This document shows positions 27,400 through 37,165 of a stretch of DNA of 64,000 nucleotides, in pieces. Each line of letters begins with the position of its first letter. Position 1 is the stretch's first letter. The stretch lies in contig NW_018406397.1 in assembly GCF_002113885.1 (NCBI RefSeq), positions 1,845,517 through 1,909,516 on the forward strand, written 5' to 3'. The DNA is from Mizuhopecten yessoensis (taxonomy: Eukaryota). A program made the position numbers and the translations under genes. The notes under the pieces are model-generated. The model had not been told where the DNA came from, ran no database searches, and saw nothing but the letters and a program-made list of their open reading frames with translations.

Positions 27400-30300
27400 A
27401 TGGCCGAATTGAAGAAAGTTGCCTGTGAAGCAATCGACAAAGTAGCATCGGAATTGAACAATATTAGTCAGGAATTATGGAAAAACCCAGAGCTGAACTT
27501 CAACGAGCACCATGCTCATTCGGTACTGACGGATTTCCTGGAGAATCAAGGATTTCACGTGGAGAGGAAATACAAACTCGACACAGCCTTCCGGGCCACA
27601 TTCGGTGACGACAGTGCAGGACCGCACGTGGCCGTGTTGTGTGAGTATGATGCACTACCAGAGATCGGCCATGCATGCGGACATAACCTGATAGCGGAAC
27701 TGGGCGTGGCAGCCGGCGTTGGGATAAAGGCCGCTATGGAAGCATCCGGGCAACCTATAGGGAAGGTAGGCGATGGGGATAAAATGAGATATAAGTTATT
27801 TGATTGGTCCAAGGTAAAAAAAAAACCATAGACTGATCGCTAAGGCTAATACCTGTCCTTTGAAGATCACAGAGGAGCATTACCCAACTTCAAAGCCAAT
27901 GAATTTCACCGTTACACGACCAAATTATTATTTTGATGTACATCAAATTAGTCTTCTCGTCTCATCCACAAGGTGGGTCAAACTTTGTCTATAATTTTGC
28001 TAGCTCCTGGAGAATCGAGGATGGTAATTATGTTGAGTGTTGAGTAAATGTTTGAAAAGTGATAATATAAACATATCCTGGCTAATCCGTCAAAATGTGA
28101 ATGTCAGATAGTTCGCTGCCAAACACTGAAATTAAAATTGTTTTGAAAGTGTATCATCAAAATCTGCACATTTTGTAACTATCAATATATTCACGCACGT
28201 TATGGATAAGAACAGCTTTTTATACATTGGTAATAGTAAAATTAGTTTTCGTTTGATATCTAAGTACGCGATAATTACAATATATTCCTGTTAAACGTTG
28301 TAAGATATAATCCCTTGCAAACCAATTTATCCCTTGAATCTTACTTGAATAAATAAGCATGTTGATGAATACATTGTAAGAAGCTCTCGCTGAGGCCTGG
28401 TATTCAGAACGTTAACATGAAATAGGTATACATTAAGTATGTCTATAACATGTAAGCAGTGTTCTATTAAGCAATACGAAGATTACATTGTTTATCAATC
28501 AGGTAGACTGTTTAACTAATGATTTGTTGATCAAATATGTTTACTCATGTACTAGTTTGTTTATCTGCTTATTTGATAATTTTTCAGTTTGAGTATCTAC
28601 TGTTTTTTCTTGATTCACCTAACTGTTGATATTCTAGCTTTTACTTAGTGGCTATTTTATCTACTAGTTGTGCCTGCTGGGTACACCGGCAGAGGAAGGT
28701 GGCAACGGGAAGGGGCACCTTTTAAAAAGCGGAGCTTTCAGCTATTTTGATGTTGCTATGATGTCACATCCGTTTGCATACGACGATGTCCGCCCAAGGA
28801 ATCTTATAGCAGTTGATTTGTACGTTAGCAATCATCTATAATACATAATATATTCTCATATTCGACCAAATATGATACTCTTCTATAAATCTTCCCCACA
28901 ACCGCAAACTTCTCTGGTGTCAACTGTCTTGTGTTTGTGTTGGCAGTCGTTCACATGTCAGCTTAGTCTCCATGGAAATGCTATCTTAAATCGTCCTTCC
29001 TTTTGCCACCTGTATTTTTACACACGCTCTAGCTAATCGTGCTGGGAACTCCGGCTGAAGAAGGAGGTGGCGGGAAAATTCTTCTCGATGACAAACGTGC
29101 ATTTGACAATATTGACGTTGCTATGATGTCACATCCGGCGCCAGGGGTTATATTGAAGCCAACAATGCTGGCCCGTCAGAGGTTTGGAAATTACAGCTTC
29201 TGTAGAATGCTTAAATAATTTTAGGCAACGGCTGCATGCAAATGATAACCAGCGAGTCCAAACTGCCTTGAATAAACCTTGTATCTTCTGCTTGCATTTA
29301 ACTTCACTATCAGATGGACATGCTGAGCATGGAACCCAAGATAGAAATATCCCTTCTTATTGTTAAAATTAGTAGTGAATAGAAATATCTCATCAAACAT
29401 TCTAAGGATGCAAGTGCAGTCGACACCTGTGAAGTTTATGTGAAACAGCTACGCATGACTTTCCTATTGATATCTTTATATTTTCCATAATACCCCTTCT
29501 TACCTACGCCTGCGTACAACTCATTCACTAACAATGGCTTCCGAAACAGCTTGTTGGCTTTTCCTTTCTGTTTCTTAACCTGGCCTACTCAAAATACCTA
29601 GAATGACCTCTTCACCGGTAACATATTTGATATGAAAGCTATTTTTGACAGATCACAGTTTTGGGGACACCAGATGAAGAAAACAAAGGAGGTAAACTTA
29701 TTTTGCTACAGAAAGGGGCATTAAGGGAAATTGACGTTGCTCTGATGTCTCATCCAGGACCGGGTGACTCTGTACTTGCAAACATGATGGCAGTAGATTG
29801 GTCAGTTTAAGAAACAGAATAATCATTCGTTTTGCATATAGTAATCATGCAAGCAAATACGATATCTTAATACTGCTTTTTTCTTATGTATGTATCCCTG
29901 CCATGATATATTCAGCAAAAAAGAAACGTTAACATCTCCTTTTGCTTACTACATATCCTTAAAGGTAAAATGGAGCAACGTTTTCGTGGTACAAAACATT
30001 GGGAACGCAATACCTACCACCATATTAATTAAAATTATTCAAGAGTAAATGTCTATGGTAGCCAAAGAGTTCCTACGGCGTTTTTGCAAATAACTGTGGA
30101 ATTACACCAGAGTCTTGTCAAAAAGGTAAATGTAATTCTTCTGTTACCCCATGACGACCGAAAACTCATAAAGAACAAATACGCATTTTCTTTATTCCGC
30201 AGCTGTCACAAGTGAGAGAAAGGGTTGTTGGAATGCTCCACCGTCCGCAAAGTGGCAGGGCCAGTGTTACGACCGCTATGGAAGACCGCCGGATACGGTT

Positions 30301-33300
30301 GTTATATCAGTATTATCGCATTGTTCCTGCGAGTGAAACCGCGAGGACATTTCTTGGTCGTCGTGCAATCGCTCCAACTAACCGAAATCGTTTGAAATAG
30401 TCCAGTCAAAAGCACAGCACCCATTTTTAAACATCATCAACGTATAAGCTGCTTTTAATGGACCCGTACACACCGTCGTTGGTTTCATCAATGAAACAAA
30501 GCTGATTTTACAGATTAATCACGATTTCGCTTGTCACATGGTAACTGGAGACGTAGAGTCGTGAAATGGTCTGGGGTGGTATTTGTGTTGGTAGCCGTGT
30601 ACAATTTATATATTGAATTGAAATGGGACGCGTTATCAAGGCGAAATTTCGAGGACATTATTAATCCCGTTTTTTCAACTTCATGCACTGGCATTATTTT
30701 CAACAAGATCATGCGACAGTGCATGACAGTCAAGTCAACAGCAAAACACAAATGGTCAGGTGTAAATATTCCGTCTTTATCACTCAACCGTTGCCAGTGG
30801 AGCGCATTCGGGATACTCTCGGGCGACCTCTCGGGATACTCTCGGGCGACCTCTCGGGATACTCTCGGGCGACGCATTAGGACAGTTTAATGCGACGACA
30901 CTGTTACGTTATATTCGGCATAAACGATGGTCATACACGGTTCTTAACACGTGATTTATTAAACCCGACTTACATTTCATTTACGTCGAATACAATCATT
31001 TCACAGTGGCGTTTTCTCTAGATCTGTGATAAATCAATAACAGCATTTCAAAGAATAAAATGATACCGAATTAAATGTATCTACAGCAAAATGGACAAAT
31101 TAGCTGAACGTTATGTTTAGTATCTACGTATTCTCTGTTTTTCATATTAACAAATATATTGTAAACACTTGCTTTTTTAATCAGAACACCCAGAGTGATG
31201 TAAAGATAGTTTTCCTTTTGTTAATAATATATCTTATTTATCGCTTAATAATTGAAACTTCATACAGCCAGCTGCACTGTTTGAATGTATTTTACAGTTC
31301 AAGATAAAGTTATTTATCTACATTTATTGCTGTCGTGTTCATAAGTTGAAGTTTATATTACCATTATAAGTGTGATGCGCTTTTCCTAGTGGTACAGATA
31401 GTTTCAAAATGTGTTCAGTATTAAAGAAGTTGACAGTGTATTACAATAATGCAGCTACACACCAAATAAGTTGGTAAACGAAGTACACAAATATATCTAT
31501 CATAACTATGTAAGTTATGTAGGTTAGACATAATTTAGGTTCAAATACCTCTGTGACCCTCGGTTTTGCCCCACATTATTTATCACGGGTGGGTCAATTC
31601 CTTCCAACATATATGCAAAGTCTATTCTATTTGACATTACAACACCACAAAACATAAAAAAGGGTAGGGAAAATTCCTCGTAAACTCATTTACTGAACTT
31701 TATATACCTATAATCATTATAGACACCGTCTGTTTCAAGGGTAACTGTGACGTATAAAGGTAAGGCCAGTCACGCCGCTGCATTTCCTTGGGAGGGAATC
31801 AACGCGCTCGATGCAGCAGTCACGTGTTACCAGACCGTATCGTGCATGCGCCAACAGATGAAGCCGACATGGAGAGTCCACGGTAGTATTACACATTTAG
31901 ATTCCATCACTTGAAAGATTAACGGCACAGCATACCTTTCTCGTAATTATTTGCCGAGCAATGCTTATTTGTCCACTGACCGTTGTGGGCAATATATAGA
32001 TCTTGGCATTATGTTAGTCAGAGGGTCAATCACTCGGCAATATACGAGCAAAATGACGATGTGCTTCCGGTTTAAAATGGAGTTTCAATAAGTGTTTCTT
32101 TTAAATGTTCTGAAGGAATAATCACAAAAGGTGGTGTCAGGCCAAATATCATACCGGAAGAGGCTGAAATGGAATTTTACATCCGGGCACCAACCAGGGA
32201 GGAGCTTAATGTGCTACGGGAAAAAGTCATTGGTTGTTTTGAAAGTGCGGCCACCGCAACAGGATGCAAGGTATTGCTAAATGTTTTGCTATTCACATTA
32301 TTTAGAGGAACGGTTTTGTTTTATAGCAATACTTATGTCTTGCTAGCTGAATGAACTGCCAATTTCCGACACGGACGTAATCATCTCTTTATTATGACGT
32401 TCGACTTTGCATAATCAAGTGTTAGTCATATCCTGGTGAAAGCTTCATTATTAATTTTATCAATTTCTGTCATATCTGGTCTAAGTTTATAAATTTGTGG
32501 GCTACATGACAAAATAGAAAATATCCACTGCAACCATTCCAAAGTTTAACATTTGTGCTGATAAAATATAAAATATGAATATATCTGGGGGTTTATTAAA
32601 TCACACGACGATGTTTAGAAATAAAATGTGAATATGTAAGTATTGTTGGTTAAAACAGTTACATGCTTCTTGTTAACTTTGCTAGGAAATTACAAGAAAC
32701 TGCTTATGATCAAAAATAGAACAGAACATTTTGAAATTTTATTTCTGCTTTTCAATTTACTCCAATGAGTCACGGATAACAGACTTCAAACTTTTTACAG
32801 ACACCTTTGGATTTTCAGCGATTCTTATACATAACAGTTAGATAGAAAATAAGGATATATAAAATAAAATAAGCATTCTATGTATATGTAAACCAATGAA
32901 GGATAAAGTATTTTCAATGTTGTCAGAGGTTTTATCGCACAGATTTTTTATTCAATCATTTTTGGAACTGGCACTTTTTCACTGGACAATATTATGTAAA
33001 AAAGATAGTATAGAAAATTATCCATGTATCAGATAGCACCATATGCTAAATTCGTCACCCGGAATAATAATGGAATTCTATTTATCCACCTCTCCACAGG
33101 TAGAGTACGACTTTTCAGAAATGCCATATCTGAATGTCATCAATAACGAAGCTCTGGCCTCTTCATTTGAGACGAACGCAAAGGAATTAGGGCTGGACTT
33201 CAAGGAACACACGATGCCTACAGGCAATGTTCCCCTTGGCTCCACAGACATGGGGAACGTGTCGTATGTTGTTCCAAGTATCCATCCTTTCTTTTACATA

Positions 33301-33853
33301 GGAACAGATGAGGTCAACCATACTAGAGGCTTCACTGGCGCTACAGGTAATGTTAAATGGCGGATAATAGTTGGTGAACCGCTTTGAGACGACCTACGAA
33401 CTAGGTTGTGAGAAAGCGGTATATAAGAACCTGGTTATTATTATTATTATTATTATTGTTTAGGTCTCTACATTTACAGATCCAAATTTCTTAAGGAAAA
33501 GAAATGTTCATCTCCAAATACGCATTGTATTTTTCTGTTTGATCTGAACGAAGTTTTGCATCGCTGTATCCAGATATATATTGTGTTTATATATTTCTCA
33601 CCGATCTTAACGCATACTTTTAATATGTTCTTTTAATTTTCACAATAATTATTATTTTAATGTTTCTCTATTTGATCAATCTAGTTAACATTTTTCAAAA
33701 ATTCTTTTCCCGAAAGGTGCCCCTGCCGCCCAGCCGTACACCATCATACAAGGGAAAGCAATGGCAATGACAGCTATCGACGTATTCACTAACAAAGAAC
33801 TTTTTCAGAAAATCAAAACCGAATTTGACAACGAACCACAGAGGAAGGCTTAA
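27400..33853 (+). CDS. PM20D2: Peptidase M20 domain-containing protein 2 (ACY1L2-type dipeptidase/amidohydrolase), 398-399 aa
   Basis: Exons 27400-27765, one of 2a/2b/2c, 31740-31882, 32116-32270, 33100-33346, 33717-33853. All introns are GT-AG and phase-consistent. Motifs: [15 protein letters not shown], GTPx[43 protein letters not shown]. Confidence 0.93.
28668..28819 (+). CDS. PM20D2: PM20D2 alternative exon 2a (152 nt): [50 protein letters not shown](L)
   Basis: ctactag| ... |gtacgt; phase 0 in, phase 2 out; no stops. Confidence 0.85.
29033..29181 (+). CDS. PM20D2: PM20D2 alternative exon 2b (149 nt): [49 protein letters not shown](R)
   Basis: ctctag| ... |gtttgg; phase 0 in, phase 2 out; closest to the canonical [11 protein letters not shown]. 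Confidence 0.88.
29652..29800 (+). CDS. PM20D2: PM20D2 alternative exon 2c (149 nt): [49 protein letters not shown](W)
   Basis: ttgacag| ... |gtcagt; phase 0 in, phase 2 out; no stops. Confidence 0.85.
29907..31231 (+). mobile_element. Old degenerate Tc1-like transposon in the intron between PM20D2 exon 2c and exon 3
   Basis: Imperfect TIRs tatattcagcaaaaaagaaac / gttttccttttgttaataatata. Transposase remnants [35 protein letters not shown]. Internal 23-bp x3 tandem repeat at 30809-30873. Confidence 0.75.
33375..33458 (+). mobile_element. 5'-truncated retroposon 3' tail (L2-like) with (TTA)n; second copy at ~50073-50145
   Basis: gtgaaccgctttgaga..aagcggtatataaga..tattatt is present at both sites. 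Confidence 0.55.
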
Positions 33854-35169
33854 CAACAAATGTTTTCTGAATATAATAATCGCGAGGTCAAAATGTTTTG
33901 ATACAATCTTATATAATTTTGTTCCTTAAGATTATGTTTTGATATATGTATTAAAAAAACCATACATCCATTAAGAACTTGATTATTAAATTTTACATTT
34001 ATATTAAACTTGTAATAAAACCGGAAATATTTCGTTACTGAATGGTTATGTTTGATTATCTGACTCAAACCCATAATAAAGAATATAACAGATACATATC
34101 TGATTGACTGTATCAATAGGTGTGGTGTATTCATTCCAATGCTGTCTTCAGTTCAATATGATGGAAATTGCAATAGCTGATAATTTACAAATCACGCAAA
34201 CTTTAATAGAATTAAACAGAATGTATCTCTTATTCCACTGTGATTTGAAAATATTTTCTGTAACAAGGAATTTCCATGTTATCTAAACACTATGAACAAA
34301 AAATAAAATATCTAATTGATTAAACAGACTGCTTGTTCTTCTTCTTCTTCTTCTTCTTCTTCATATGATTATAAAAACTATCGAGCGATGCACCATGTAT
34401 CCATCTTATTTGTACGGGAGTGGTCGTCGTGGGCATATAACTAAACTATTCATTCTATGCAAATGCAGAATCAGAAAAAAAATCTTATCTCAAAATTTGA
34501 ACATTTTTTTCCGTCTCATGTCTTACCTGTGTTGAACAAAATTTTATATTTATTCATTTTGTATCCATAAGTGTATAAATGTCGTGAAACAAAAGTTATG
34601 TTTGTTTCAAAATCGTGCAACGTTTAGGTAAGGATGTCATACAAATTCAATTTTAAAGTTTCAATTAGATATTTCTGTATTTTTTACATACCTTGTGAAT
34701 CTTCCTATAGTGATAAGAACTGTTTTAAGCCATACAGTAAATGGTTACGTACTTCATTTTGTATTAATCTAGCAACGCGAATTCATTTGTATTCAACCTC
34801 TATTTTACGAAATATCAAATATATTGAAACGGACTCATTACTATTGTAGTATGTGAATATATTTTTGATCAGGTATTTTTCGCGAGCAAAACATTTCTGC
34901 TTCATTCGCAAGGATTCCTGAAAATTACAGCACAATAGTTGAATGCATACCGAAAATGCCTTCCACTTACATAAAAGCATTTCCATGGGAGAAAACTGAA
35001 AAGCTGGTATTAAATTCTGAGCAAATACGCGAAACTTTCATCACGCTAAGCTAACCTGGTAAACGGTACGTTAAGTTTCCTTACTGTACATATATTAAAA
35101 TTCCCAAGTGTATGTCATACCTGTGGAATATTCCGAGATATGTAATATATGAGGTCTATTAAAACGTGT

Positions 35170-36070
35170 TAGCGCTGATAAAATAGCAATATGGTATATG
35201 TGGCTATGTCATGCGCGGATGATACGATGATCTTATGTATGAATTAAACATGAATATGAGATTATCGTCTTTAAAGCCAGTTACTTGTTTTGTTTGATCA
35301 TGCTTAAGTTTGTTATTTCATCAGAAAAAAATCATGTGTTTCAATGAAGGATTTTGGAGACAGATTTCTTATTCCTTTATAGGATTAATTTAAAAATTGG
35401 ATACACTGGACGTATACCCAGGTATTGGATAGTTCCAGATCGCCAGTACTGAATGAATTTCTGTTGTTTCTTGCGTTGAAAACGACTTTCCAGATACGCT
35501 GTTATAAAATCGTCAGGAACAAAGTGTTTGCTTCTTCATTGGAGACGAACGCAAGGGAGTTGGGGCAGGAGTTCAGAAAAAAGCCTTCTGTTTCAAGAAA
35601 ACACTCAATGGGGCCAACAGTCATCGGGAACGTGTCGTATTTTGTACCCAGTATCCTTCAGATGAAGTCAACCACACTAGTGGCTTCACTGACGCTACAT
35701 GTAGAGTTTTAAATGAACATATAAATACAGATCAGAATCTTCTTTTGAAATAGAATGAGATTGAGACAACGTCCTTCCGAATATACATTGGTTTTCTATT
35801 GTGTTCTGAAAGAGCTGTTGCAATGCTGTATCCAGGTATATATATCCTTTTGGTTTTTTCTCTCTCAGCGTAAACTTTTAATACATTCTTTGTATTTTTT
35901 CATAATAAATATTGACACACAGTTTCTTTTTTCTGATATCTAATCTGGTTTATATTTTTTTTAAATGGAAAAAAATATAATGTTTTCACGAAAGGTGCCC
36001 CGTCCGCCCAGCAGTACACCATAACATAAGGGAAAGCAATGGCAATGACAGCCATCGACGTATTCAAACC
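35170..36070 (+). pseudogene. PM20D2 partial pseudogene copy B (intron 4 piece, exon 5, exon 6)
   Basis: FASSLETNARELG..GNVSYFVPSI with a frameshift. Exon 6 homolog at 35994-36070 has CAA changed to TAA. Confidence 0.85.
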
Positions 36071-36604
36071 AAATATGTCTGCCACAGTCAAAATCACTCG
36101 TGCGTACTAGCCTTGTGAATTCTATCATACGATTTGGTGCGTGAAACTACAAACAAAAAACCATAACGAATAGCTTAAATATTATATATTTACAAGATGC
36201 TTGGACAATGACAAACATTTGCTTTTAATACTAAAATGTTATGTTTCCCAAATGAAGGATAACAAAAATCCATCTGGGAAGATCTATAAAAAAACGTTTT
36301 TGAACCTCGTGAGTTTTGAAAACAATAAGAACGTTTTTCCCTTTGGGATTCCATAAATGCTCAATATTTTACTTCGCTGCGTATATATGGCTTTGGACAC
36401 TGCCTTTCGAGCCACATTCGGTGACGACAGCGCAGGTCCGCACGTGGCCGTGTTGTGTGAGTATGATGCACCACTAGAGATTGGCCATGCATGCGGACAC
36501 AACCTGATAGCGGAACTGGGCGCGGATGCTGCTGTTGGTATCAAGGCCGCGCATTGTTTCCAAGAATCGTCTTGAGATTAATACGAAAAACAAATTAGAT
36601 CGGC

Positions 36605-36996
36605 AGGGACGTAACAAGGCGTACGCACGGACGCACGGGCTTCCACGTAATTTTTTCAAGTATACTTTTAACAAGGATAACATTGTAGAACTTTATGTGA
36701 TAAACTTTAACAACTCATATAATCCTGGGCCCTCAGTGAATTCATTATCTCATTTATTGTTTCTTTTATTGACTATTTAAAGAAAAGGTTCCTTGTTCAT
36801 ATGGAACTAATTATTACGCATTTTATAAATAAAATACTACAAGCCAAATATGAAAATGATAGGTATTTTATGTCACAAACTGCACCAGAATGGGTTCCAG
36901 ATTCCGAAAAAATCTCGCCCCCCCCCCCCCCCCCCCCCAACTCCGCGCTTCGCGCTTCGTATGCTTCCACATACTCATGGTCCTGGTTACGCCCCT
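36605..36996. mobile_element. MITE with cagggacgtaacaagg / cctggttacgcccctg termini and an internal poly-C tract
   Basis: Imperfect 16-bp TIRs; atcgg on both flanks. Confidence 0.55.
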
Positions 36997-37044
36997 GATC
37001 GGGATGTATTATGGCGCAGTGCGGCTCGTCATTTCACACGCAGA

Positions 37045-37165
37045 GGTCGGATGGCGTACAAGATAATGCACTCGCCGTTCACCAAGTCGACCGGGGTTCG
37101 ATTCTCCGATCAAACGTGTAATTGTATATTAGGTCACTATCCTGAGCACGTAGGTTTCCTCAGTT
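37045..37165 (+). mobile_element. tRNA-derived SINE head fragment
   Basis: B-box-like ggggttcgattc followed by cacgtaggtttcctc; no complete cloverleaf. Confidence 0.45.

Noticed and set aside
28668-29800. Exons 2a/2c as mere pseudo-exon debris, or all three included constitutively
   Set aside because: Debris is unlikely given intact frames, splice sites and catalytic residues despite high divergence. Joint inclusion shifts the frame. Transcript evidence is still needed.
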